DNA of 64,000 nucleotides from Batkoa obscura (Eukaryota): NCBI GenBank assembly GCA_030770535.1, contig JASVEC010000020.1, positions 744,001 to 808,000 of the forward strand, read 5' to 3'. Shown piece by piece: positions 39,888 to 52,276 of this stretch (position 1 is its first letter; each line of letters starts with the position of its first letter). The notes under the pieces were generated by a model. It saw only the letters and a program-made list of their open reading frames with translations, ran no database searches and was not told where the DNA came from. The position numbers and the translations under genes were made by a program.

Positions 39888-40903
39888 TTACAAGATACTT
39901 GGAGACTTACTTTGATTTCTACTCTTTTCGAACATAGAGAAATCAAAAGATTTATATTTAACTCGATTCCTTTCCTTTCTTTCACTTTCGATCATTTTTC
40001 TACTTTGTTTTATATCATTCATAACAGGTACAGTTATCTGAGCAGAAAGCTCGGAAGGTACTAAACTAACCCAAGACTCTCGCTTTATATTTCTGACTTT
40101 TGCATCCACCTCTTTTACTTGAGTATTTGCTATTTCAAGCTTATATAGATATTGTTTTAATTGGTCTTCTAATTGGTTGTTTTCATTTAATTTCTTTTCA
40201 TACGTATATTCCAATTTATTTATATCAAATATTTTACCATCAGCTACTAATTGATGCTAAGTAAAAAATAATAATTAGTATATATAAACTATGTTAAAAG
40301 CAAGTGATTTACCCTAAGTTCTTCACATTTAACAATGACTAAAAACATATTGAAAAAATAAAATAGTCTTAAAATAATGATTATAAAATCAATTAATAGA
40401 AATTCTAATTTTATATTAAAACTAAAATACAGATTTGGCAGTATTATTAAAATTAAACTTAATAAGTCATAATAGACCCAAAGCCTTTGTTTCATTGCTT
40501 TTAATGAGATTGCTTTCATTGCAAATTCTGCCATTAATAGTATTAAAAAAGGTAGTGTTAGTAGCCCGCTATATTTGAAATATTTGAGCCTTAATGAAGC
40601 TGAAATAAATGAAAAAAGAATCAGTGGTGTTATTTGAAATATCAAATAATAAAGCTTACTCCAAACAAATTCTAGGACAATAATATAAAAATAAAAAATA
40701 AATAAATAGAAGCTTATGTAGTAAAATCTAAAAGATGAAACTAAATAAGGGATATTGTAAGGGTAATCTAGTCTATTTGAAGAATCTATAGTATCTGTGG
40801 GCTCTTCTCCATCGGTTCTTTTATTCAAAGATAAATTGGGATCTAAATAAATGCCACCATGTTTATCAACCCAGAGTTTAATTCTTTGTTTAAAACTAGT
40901 CAT
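39888..40903 (-). CDS. Hypothetical membrane protein with voltage-sensor-like helices and C-terminal coiled coil, 2 exons
   Basis: ORFs 40289-40903 and 39888-40214 join in frame via a GT-AG intron (about 40312-40257); AEFAMK...WVYYD...ILRLF then a heptad-rich tail. Confidence 0.65.
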
Positions 40904-41043
40904 TCAGTTAGAATATGTAGAAAAACAAAACAAAAATATGATTTATTTTATTTAAATACAATTATTTATAAATTAATAATAAATGTCAATCTTTACCCAA
41001 ATCAGAATTTAATTGAAATATATTTACAACTTTTTAACATGAA

Positions 41044-41137
41044 GATGAGTGTTTTTTTGGTTTCATCACTTTTTTACCTTTTAAACACTATTTCAGTGGA
41101 GAAATTGTTAGTAAAATTATTAAATGAAAAAAGACAT
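41044..41137 (+). mobile_element. Degenerate MITE family A copy
   Basis: Family core present; termini eroded. Confidence 0.7.
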
Positions 41138-41568
41138 TGGCAGTATTTTATTTTTCCTCGATTTTATTATTATTCAAGTTGATCTTTGATTTACATTAAA
41201 ATAATGCCCCTATAATTAATTTAATATACTTTCTTAATTGAAATATAAGATTAATCATAGGTGGATTGTTTACTATTTAAAGTAAATTTATTCCGTATCT
41301 AATACATTAAAAGCTGGTTTATTTCTATTGATAATGTGACGGTTATATTGGATTATAGATATAAATGCGCTAAAGATAATAGACATATGATATCAGAAGG
41401 CTAGGATACTAGTTAATGAACAGTTTGAATTAAACAGGGTAAACGCTATGATAGTAAATATTAAACGAAGTAATCTCATTTTGAAAGTGAATCTTAACAA
41501 AAGCATCTGTTATATTATCTTAGTACAAATTATATATATTTCATGTAAATAATGTTACTAAATACGAT

Positions 41569-41664
41569 AAGGGTTTTTTTGGCTTTATTGCTTTTTCTAT
41601 CTTTCAAGCGCTATTTAGGTGGAAAAATTCTTAGTAAAATTTCTATACACAAAAATACATTCCC
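41569..41664 (+). mobile_element. MITE family A copy
   Basis: Family core; right end CATTCCC-ATAT. Confidence 0.82.
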
Positions 41665-42517
41665 ATATGTTCATCAGCATGTAGTTGGAGAAAAGATAGA
41701 ATTTTATTGAATTAAATTATATGGGATGGTGTACTTTAACTACTTCCATTTGAAAATTATTGCTTCTAAGGGTTTATAAATAGTCATGCTCAAAGGTGAA
41801 TAAGTTTATATTTTAAACAATTAAAATCTTTTATTCAAATTTAATTGAATAAAACGAGTGTCATGATAGAACGTTAAATTGTAAAAAGTGATATAAAAGA
41901 ATCGTTTCGAGTGGAGTGTAGATAAAAGATTGCACATTATCATTTAAAGCAAGTATTTAACACTTTAATTGTGCTTTGCACTTATGTGTAGTAATACATT
42001 ATTATTAAAGTTGACGAACATTTTATAATTTTAAAATACCAGATCCAAGATTTTATATTGGGTTTTATGCATAGTTAATGCTTAAAATTGAGCTGGAGCA
42101 GTAGTAACTTTTGCGTCATCTCCACAGCAGCAAACAATTTAAATAAGCAGTAGATTAGAACAACTTAACAACTGTATTTATTATTATTAGATGGTGACTT
42201 CTTTTTCATAGAGCCAAAAAGTAATAGAAATTAAACTTTGTTATGATATTTTAGAAATATAGTATACAAGATATTATTCTATTCTATTATTATTATTATT
42301 TGGTAAAGAAAAATTAATAATCAAGTTGAAATAAACACATTGAGATTTTTGGTGGTTTGAAATTTTTTAATAAAAGAGCAAATAAAAAAGAAGCTTCAAT
42401 TAAAAAATTAAAATCGGAGTAATAAAAAAAAGAATAACGATCATTTTCTATAAATTTATATACTTTAATTAATATTAATAAAATTTCAAGTTTTAAATTC
42501 GTTAATTCTATTTTATA

Positions 42518-44286
42518 ATGGACAGTGATTTGATAGTGACTCTAGTTTATTTCTTAATCATCTTCTTAGGCATCTTGTTCTTTATCGTTTTATATTATAT
42601 TAGCAATAAAAAGGAGATTGAGGTTAGAGTGATTGAAAGGATAAATGCGCAGAAAGCGATAGAAACTTTAGTAAACAATGTAGCCAAACAGTTTAGAACC
42701 TTAATCGAGTTGCCACTAACATGGAAAAAATTTAAATTATTAACCATCATTCAATGTTTATCTTGGTTAATGTTCTTTTTATTCCTATCAAGTATAGCTG
42801 TGTTAATAGTAGGTGGGGTCAACCAGTCAAACACTTCTCAGTTTCAATTATTAAAAATCGGAACGTTTATTTATGTTTTAAGTTTAAATTTATATTTTAT
42901 CTCAAGACAGTATATTTATTATCAAAAACAAAATTTAACACAACTACATGACCCAAGATTTATTGCTTTGGCTAACACCAATTTCAATCACTTTGAAAGG
43001 AACTGGGCTAACTATATGCAAATTGCTGTTTTAGGTCTAGAATTTTTACAGTTGTTATCTTTTCCAATTCAAGACATTATCTCTTCAGTTTCAACACCAC
43101 AAGGGTTTAGAGATAGTAATGGCGTCGATCCTCAGGCTATTGTTTCAATAGCTTCTCTTTTACCTAATATTTCAGTTCGCTTTTACCTAATCCAGTTTTG
43201 GACTTGTATGGGGGTAGTATTGTTTACTTCATTTACTTCTGTAATATTACACTTTTACAATAATCGTTTCATCCCTGGCATCTCTTTATTTTGGGTCTCT
43301 CATCTTGTTCCTTTAGTGGTAATTTTAATTTTAATTTTAATTTAATGTTTCTTATTTTCTAATAAACTTATTTTAGCATGTCGCATATCTGCCCATTTTG
43401 GTAAGTATCAAATCTCATTAGACAATATTTTTATACCGTTATATTTATAATATTAATTTTATTCAACTAGGTAACCTTTATAAACTCAGCAGCCTGCTTG
43501 TTAGGCGATGGAGGAGATAACTCTTCTTCTGTAACTCAACTATTAAAATGTGAAAGACAAGTCGTTCAGCCCCAATTATATTTATGGTTATCTTTACTTG
43601 GATTTACATTAGCTTACCTTATGTTAACTGTATTTGTTACTTCTTACGAACGTAAACCACTAGAAGGAGATATTGAATTTAAGTCAAAAGGAGTAGCTTT
43701 TATTAAAAATATGAGTAGGATTATGTCTATTTGGTTATTATTTAACTAAGTCAATTAATTAGGTTTGCTGCTTACTATTGATTTTACTTTAATACCCGTA
43801 GAATATACAAAGCTAAAAGGTGTATTTTCTGTTATTATATTAACTGCTGTTGTAATTTATTCTATACATTCTAGACCATGCTATGTATCACAGGTATGCT
43901 GTTTTATATTTTATTCAATAGTAGATGATAATTAACGATAATAGATAAATTATTGGCGTACAATTGGGTTTTGTTGTATATTGTGGTCTGCGTTACCAGT
44001 AGCCATATTAGACTTAAAGTCCATTGGTATCATAGCAATTGTCATCATTATACTATCAGGGTGGGTTTTTATATTATTCTTAAGCTTGCTTGGCCGATAT
44101 TGTACCTCTTCTAATTTAATTACTACTCCTATACAGCCTGTTTTGACTGTTTCTCAGAATAATACAGATATGACTCAAAACGAAGATTACATTAATCATA
44201 GAGTTCCCCTTAAAGGTCAATCTAAACTTATTTTAGGAGATTCTACGCTGGAAAGAATTTCTTACATTCTTAATGAAAAGGCTTGA
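42518..44286 (+). CDS. Uncharacterised polytopic membrane protein, multi-exon
   Basis: Consecutive hydrophobic ORFs (42518-43345, 43498-43749, 43981-44286) separated by short GT-AG introns. Confidence 0.7.
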
Positions 44287-44491
44287 TTTCAGTGATTTGA
44301 TATGGTATTATAATGTATTATCTTATATAGACTTATTGTCATTTTCTATCTAATTTAACAAATAGTAAATTTTGTATTATATGTATTATTAATATCGTAT
44401 TATTTGTAATTTCTAAATATATGATCATATTAATAAAGTGTATTTAAAATATTTACTTGCTTTATTAAATAATCTATTTAATTATAGAATA

Positions 44492-45865
44492 TTAATTAAA
44501 AACATCCATGCTTATCCCTTCTCTTTTCTTTAAACTTAAAACTCTAATGATACAGAAAAGTAAGAAGCTCATTCCTGACATACCAATAGAATAATAAATT
44601 AAATAATTGTAATTGCGACTCTTATCAAATATTAGTCCAGCTAAAGAAGGACCAGCAAGATCCCCAAGTCCAGTAGGCGCATAGGCAATACCTAAAATAG
44701 TAGCTAGATTTTGAGTCCCAAAGAGTTCAGCACAAGCAGTAGTAAACCCACCTGCAAATCCACCATTGGGTAAGCCAAATAAAACTGCAAAGACTAAAAG
44801 GGTGGTATAACTTGAAGCAAAATTCCAAATGAGTAAAAAAGCAGTTGAAGCACCTAGACACCCAATAAATACATTGAGATGACCTAAATGATCACTAATG
44901 ACTCCTAAGAAGACTCTACCAACAGCGGACATACCATTGATAATGGCTAAAAGAGTAGCACCCTGTTGCTTTGTATGTCCCATATCCGTGGTATAATTAG
45001 GAATATAATAAAGTGGCACTAAATAACCAAAGCTAGCAAACATCATTGCAAACATGAATAAAATAAATTTCAAGTTAACTAAAGGTTTTAAGCTTGTCTT
45101 TTCTTGAGTTTGTTTTTCCAAGTTAAATGGGATACGTGGCTTAACCACAAGTGCTGAAAATACTAATAAAACGAAATATATGATTGCATTATATCTTAAG
45201 GTCCATGCATAGCCTACTGTGGATAGCAAATATTCATTTAAAAGTGCAAATATCAATCCTCCTACTCCAGAACCTGCTGTACCAAACCCTACTGCTACTC
45301 CCCTTCTTTTTTCAAACCATTGAATGACTACTGAGTTTGCTGGTACATAAATCAATGCTCCTCCTACACCAAAGATAAACCCTTGTGTTATTATCAGGTG
45401 CCAGATCTAGTTTTAGAAATTAATATTAATATTAGTAAGTGAATAAATAATCTTTACCTCAGTAGAAAATGAAGCCAGCACATGGGAAACTGCAATAATG
45501 GCTCCTCCTATTAAGGTACAAATTCTAAACCCATAGCGATCGCATAAATTGCCAGTAATAATTGAAGATATGGCTAGTGTTGTAGGTGCCACTGTGCCAA
45601 TTAGAGAAATGTATGCTTTCTCACTTTTTGGGAATACAGTGTTAGAATAATGCTCAATGTATACACCAAAGGCGTTCGCTATCCCAAATGAGCAAGCTTG
45701 CATTAAAAAGCTTGCTAGTACTACTAACCAGCCATAAAGACTATCAGGTTCTGGAGCGAACGTTTCTTTTGATGCTATTGCTTTAACTTCTTCCGTCTTC
45801 AATTTTGAGTCTAAACTGTTCACTGTTGATGTACGATATATTGTATCAATTGTTGTTTGTTCCAT
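44492..45865 (-). CDS. MFS transporter, monocarboxylate porter (MCT/Mch)-like, 2 exons
   Basis: PDSLYGWLVV, QWFEKRRGVAVG, GSGVGG, GRVFLGVISDHLG. Confidence 0.9.
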
Positions 45866-46547
45866 TTTTATATGGTTTAAAAAGTGAAGAAAAATTTAAA
45901 AGAATAAATGTGAGAGAATAAAGGAATTTGTTATTTATATCAGCTCTTATCTCACATCCTTTTTCTTTTTGTATTAAAGGCCGAGCAGTATAACTCGTTA
46001 TCTAATATTTGTGCTTCTTTTTTGAGTTTTGGCTAGGGTTAGGCCACTTTTTCACTTTACTCTTAATTCTTAAGCTGATAATTAGGAATAAATGGGCAAT
46101 AAAAAAATCTGAATAATGGATTTAGTCATTTGTATTGGTGTAACTTATCTATAAACCCAATAGTTAAGCTTTGGTAAATTAATAAAGATGACAATAAATA
46201 CTGCCCAATTATTCATATTATATCGGCATTTAAAACTTATTTAGTAGTTTAATATTATTAAAGTAAATTAAGGGTTATTACTAAGATTTACAGAATTTAA
46301 TAAAATAAATAGCATGATGTTTATTTTATAGTTATTTTATCCATTTTTAAAAAATACCAATGGATTACTTAGCCATCCTTTATTTGTATTATTGCTATTT
46401 TATAATTGATTTTATTATTTATTAATACCAATATTATTTTCTTTTGCAAATAATATTAGAAAAAAACTAATGAAACAAAGTTAAAATCAACCAAAATTAA
46501 ATAAGCACAAAATAACAATACTTTAATAAACACTAGTTTGATATAAA

Positions 46548-47125
46548 ATGTGGGGTTGTTATAACGTAAATCAACAAAAAAACTTAATTCATTTTTTCTT
46601 AATATTTTCGTTATCTTTATTTAATCTTAGACAAACACGAAAAAATGCTTCAAACTTAATAGATTCTGCTTATTTATACTATTGTTATCCACCAATCTAA
46701 TATTATGTGACAGTACAGTCCCAGACCCATTACCAGAGATATGTTATAGCGGCGGAGTATTAACTAATCCATGCAAAGGAACCAGCTGTGCCCCGTGCTG
46801 GGTACAACAACCGGATGGCAAATGGGCATGTTATGATTATCTAGCAGATGGCTCTTGTCAATGGGGAGAAGACGTTGGTAATCGAGTCAAAAATAGAAAT
46901 AGCCCAAATAGCTCCAATAATTCAAATAATAATGGTAATAGCAATGATAATGGGTCTGTTACCGTCATTACAGAAGCTGGTCATGATGGCGCTACTACTG
47001 TTACAGCTAGGAAGGTTTCGTCAACTAAATTAGTGATAGTGACTAAAACTATTTCTGCGGGTTTTGGTCATTCAGTGGATGCTCTTTATTTTTATTTGTT
47101 GGTTGCAATATTAATTTGTTTTTAA
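46548..47125 (+). CDS. Small secreted Cys-rich protein, probable GPI anchor
   Basis: Probable exon 1 at 46548-46565 and intron 46566-46630; signal-like FCLFILLLSTNLILC; six-Cys module; N/S/T-rich linker; hydrophobic C-terminus. Start uncertain. Confidence 0.7.
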
Positions 47126-47413
47126 TAAACTATTTATATTAAATCTACTTCATTATTGACATAAATATAGACCACAAATTATATATGGTCAATCGAATAA
47201 TATATAATGTACTATATCCACCATATATTAAAAAAATTACACTAGTAATTAAATATGCTATATGATTCACGTTTATTTTAATGCTATTCAACGGATAAAT
47301 GAAAAATTGTTTTTTAAGTAATGTTATAAGATTGTTTACTAAAATAGTAAATAACATTAACTAGTTAAAGTCAAAATTCAATTTAACTATATTTTATTTT
47401 ATTATTATTATTT

Positions 47414-48738
47414 TTAGTATTTTAACTCATATAAAAAGTTATGGATATATTTGTTTACAACCGTTGAATTCACGAAATGAATCCAATGACCTCCATTTTC
47501 CACATACTATAAATTCAATATTAATATTGTATAAATAATGATAAAGATACTAACTTTGGTAGTGATATCCCTGATGAATCTAATATAGGTATCAGCAGTA
47601 GCACTCAAAAAGTCATTTTGACCTAAGATCTAATTAAGTGGATAATTAGATCTTTTACGTTGATAAATAATCAATACTAAATTTACCTGCAATGATTTTA
47701 CTAGAATATTTAAATTGGGCTTTTTTAAATCGTTACTGTCATTTAGCTTACTTGTACGATACCAATTAATAGAGTTATTAAATCCTTGGATTGAATACTG
47801 GCTGTGTAAATAGTGCATGAACTAATTGTAAATAAATTATCCGTTATATGTTATTACCATAATTACCTTTTCATCAGGATAAATATCGTCTGTTTTATTT
47901 AAAGTATCATAGTAATCAAGTAAACTCATATTTAAAGGTACCTGTACTCTTTTATCGCTAAGTTTGCTTTTGTTAGTGGCCCAAAACATTTTTAATACTT
48001 TATCAATATTATTATTAAATTCAGTTATATTTCCTTGATTTAACGCCACCTAATAATATACAGTAAGTATATATTTACATCCATGTAGTATTACTAGTCA
48101 TTACTTGATACCCGTAAACTGGGTTTATAATAGCTTTTTCTAACTCTGTTTTTGGAGTACTTAAATTAGGCGTATAAGGTGAAGAGAAAGAAATAAATCC
48201 TTTAACATAATTCGGAAATTTATAAGCTAATTCCCACCCCAATTTACTACCCCAATTATGGCCGATAACAACCACTTTATCTTTTTTTAATTGTTTGACT
48301 ATATGTATTACATCATTTGATAACCTATCAAAAGTATAATACTCCAAATCGTTTTTTATGACTGTGGTGCCATATCCTGCCATATCTAAAGAAATGGCTC
48401 GATAGTTTAATTTGTTAACTAAATAGTCAATTTGATACTTCCAGGTATACCAGGACTAAATAGAAAGTATTAGAAATAGTAAATTGTAAAAAACAAAATT
48501 TTACTTCTGGAAAACCATGTAATAGTACTACTAATGGTGCTTCACATGGACCTTGATCTACATAATCTACATTGAAACAATAATGGCGTTAATATTTGAG
48601 CTTGAAACAATATTCTATAGTATTACGATAGATACCACTTGGTAATTGAATGTATTTATGATTAAAAGAGCTTGGATCACTAATGTTAAAGGCAGATATA
48701 TACGTTATAAATACAGTTAATAGCAACTTGGGCCACAT
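47414..48738 (-). CDS. Epoxide-hydrolase-like alpha/beta hydrolase, signal peptide, nucleophile Asn variant
   Basis: MWPKLLLTVFITYISA, LLHGFPE, DMAGYG, GHNWG, NWYR, GGHWIH; multi-exon. Confidence 0.85.
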
Positions 48739-49463
48739 TTTAAATGATTAAAAAAGGATTTAAGGTTTTTTTGGTTGATGTTTTATCCAATTTTTGTTTA
48801 TATATTTTTTTCGATTCAGCCTTAAATGTTAGCTTTTTTTGTACTTTGATTTAAAGCTGTTAATAAAATGATATCTTGCATCGCATTAAAAATATTTTAA
48901 TTGGGATTTATTAAAGTAAATATATCGCTTTTAATATTGTTTATTATTAACTTATCTAAACAATATTAAAGTTAGTACTATTTATTGCCTTATTTTTATT
49001 TAAAACTAATCCATTAATTATATGATATTTCCTATCATATTTATTGATAAATTTTAAAAGATGTCGAAAAGGATAGATTATTCTTCTTGATACAGTTAGA
49101 TATTAATTTATTTAATTTTGCTCCTTTAATTTGTTTTAATTTTTATTATTAAAAGTAGATGTCCACTTATAACATTTGAACCTTAAATCTACTTATCTTT
49201 AAATAGTCATTTATCTGTTTATTAATATTGTTTCTACTTAAAATGCTTGAAGAATAAGTCATTTACTATCATTTGATCGCAATATTAAACTAAACCTCTA
49301 ATGGTAATGAATAAAAGAAAGGTAATTGTGATGTTTAGATTATTATGGTGAGTATAATTGAAATAAAAAAAGTGATAAGGTTCAACTCAACATAATCAAA
49401 CTAAAATGCCAAAAATGAAAATTAACATTATATTAAATTTTTAGTTACTGTAATACAACAATT

Positions 49464-49557
49464 GCTCCTGTAGCAAAGTGGTTTAATGCGTCGTGCTTAT
49501 AAGTAAAATTATACCTTAGACACGCGAAGGTCGCGGGTTCGATCCCCGCCAGGAGCA
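49464..49557 (+). tRNA. tRNA-Ile(UAU) with ~20-nt intron
   Basis: Acceptor GCTCCTG/CAGGAGC; D loop AGTGGTTTAA; anticodon arm TCGTG-CTTATA; intron about 49502-49521; T arm GCGGGTTCGATCCCCGC; T-run terminator downstream. Confidence 0.92.
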
Positions 49558-49950
49558 TAAAATTTTATTATTTTTAACTAAATTTACTCAGATTCAATCT
49601 TGAATGGTGGAAAACATACTTTTATATGATGCTTACAAAAGCAATTGGACATTCAGATTTCTTCTAATTTTTTTTGTAAAATTAAAAATATTTACATATT
49701 CATGGTTAACAGGATTATTTTACTATATTTTTTAAAATTTCAAAAACTCCTTTCAACCTAATAATGACGTGACGTTTTTGATCCAGTAACGTAGACATGA
49801 TTGAAATCAGTATAAAAATTCGAGATTTCGATTAAAATGATAGTAAAAAGAAAGAACATTTAAATCCAAAAATAGCAATAGTATTAGAATTAATCTTTGA
49901 TTGAGTTTTTATTTCTCTTTTATATATATTCGAAATCAATTTAAGAAAAA

Positions 49951-51230
49951 ATGCTACTTCAATTTAATGTAGATGACCCTAAATCTTATCATCATAAAGA
50001 CATTCAAATAAAAGACAAAGTATATCGTAAGCATTAGTTTATCTAAGCACAAAAGTATAAACCGAAGTTTTAGATTATGTTGAGGAAGGTATAGGAAATG
50101 GTCCTTATGTGCTGTTAATCCACGGTTTTCCCGAAGTAATAAGAATTTGTTTTCAAATACTACTTTTATTCTTTTGTTTTATAGTCTTGGTATTCATGGA
50201 AGTATCAAATTGAGTTTTTAGTAAAAAAGGGCTATCGTATAGTTGCTTTTGATATGCCAGGCTATGGTCAAACTAAAGTAGAAGATAACTTGGAAAATTA
50301 TACTTTTAAAACAATTGCTGAAGATATTTATCAAATTTTCATAAACCATTTCAAACAAAATAAAGTGTTTGTTATCGCTCATGATTGGGGTAGTTTCGTA
50401 GGTTGGGAGTTAGCATATCGTTATCCTGAAAATATATTAGGATACATTAGTTTGAGTATCCCATATACACCCAGTCGAGGTAAGCCAAAGACTGAAAGAG
50501 AGAAAGCCGAAGCAAACCAGTACTTGGTTATCAAGTAAGTGCTATCGAATATTATAATATCTTTCAATTTATTTTAAGGTTGCTTTGAACGAAGGGAATA
50601 TCGAAGAGTTTGATAAAAACATCGAAAAGTTTCTCAAATCCTTTTATATTAAAGTGGGAAATTTCAGGGGATCTAACTATCTCCATGTTCCATTAAACAA
50701 GTCCCTTTTTGAACATTTTGACTCATTTGATACTTCGAAATCGGAATATATTGATGACAATGTAATCTTTTTTATATGATCGAACAACTAATCATATCAA
50801 TTTTTTATAGTATTTGAACTATTTAATCAGCCAATTTAAAATACAAGGTACAAAAGGTCCAACTAATTGGTATCGTACAAGTAAATTAAATGGGATTGTT
50901 GATCAGCAAAAACCACATTTTGATATCAAAATAAAGTGTTTACAGGTATGAGTTTTAAATATATTACTTGATATATCAACGTAATAATGTCATTATTATA
51001 GATTTTAGGTACTAAAGATTTTGCAACTGCATTTAAGGATTATGCAAAAGATTATTTAAAAGATTGTTCCACTGAGGTATTGGATAATAAAGTTATTTTT
51101 TTACTGATATTTTATATTTTAGGTAATCCATGGCGGACACTGGATTCATTATTTTGATCATGTTAAAGTGAACTCTTTGATTGAAAAGTTTTTAACCAAG
51201 ACTGCAATTTCTAAACAAAATAAATTATAA
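49951..51230 (+). CDS. Epoxide hydrolase (EPHX2/sEH-like alpha/beta hydrolase)
   Basis: LIHGFPE, DMPGYG, AHDWG, NWYR, GTKD, GGHWIH; ends NKL*; multi-exon. Confidence 0.88.
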
Positions 51231-51549
51231 CTTTTTATCGAACTATTCCAGTTATTGATTTTCTCTTTTCATAAAGTTTTATATTCGTTCATTACGACTT
51301 TAAAGTCTGGGTTATATAATATCCATCAACTATGTTTTTTAATTGTTTAATTAAACTATAATACTGGGTGGATAGGTATTATAGGTGTTAGTAAAATCTT
51401 AAGTTTGAAATTTGATCTGAAGATAATATAAAAATACTAACACATCAAACAAAAATTATTGATAAAGCGCTAATTCTTTATATTATATTAAGTTGTTGTA
51501 GTTTGAAAATAATATTAAATAGACATGGCTATTCTAAAATTCAAGATTT

Positions 51550-51645
51550 GGGGATGTTTTCTGGCTTCATTACTTTTTCCATCTTTTAAGCATTATTTGA
51601 GTGAAAAGATTGTTAGTAAAATTGTTAAACACAAAAATACATCCC
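51550..51645 (+). mobile_element. MITE family A copy with ATTT TSD
   Basis: ATTT-GGGGATG...CATCCC-ATTT. Confidence 0.88.
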
Positions 51646-52276
51646 ATTTCCTATTAAGTTTATAGTTTGAGTTGTCATATTTTTCAACCAATAATTTATT
51701 TCCAAAAAATGAGACAAAATTACTAATATTATTTTAAATAAACTCAAAAAAGATTCCAAGACTTTTAACCCTTTTATCAATTTCTCTTTAAATTTTCATT
51801 ATCAACAAACTGCTAATGATATATCTTCAATATTTTCAAACAAAGTATTTAAAATAAATAATTAAATAGCAATAAACTCAAAGAACATTATCTTAAAAAG
51901 TAGCTTAGTCATTACTTCACTTGATTGATATTAAAATATGCATTAACTTATGCAGAAATTTAAACTAATAAAAACTATTTTTGAGATTATATGATTTGAA
52001 TGAAAAAACTGAACTTAAGTTTAAATTGTTTATTTCTTCGAACTTGATTTGATTTACTAAAAGACTATATAAGTAATCTATATTAGTGAATCTATTGAAA
52101 CTAAGCAAACAAAGCACTCCTCCAAAAAGTCTTAAGGTATTTAATTAATACTGTTCTATTTAATTTCTCACTATTTAGAGGGCGATATTTTTGTTAAATC
52201 CCCTTATCGTTAAATTTTTAATTTATCTGATAATGATTTTATTTTTTACTTAAATTACTTTTTAATACTAAAAAGA

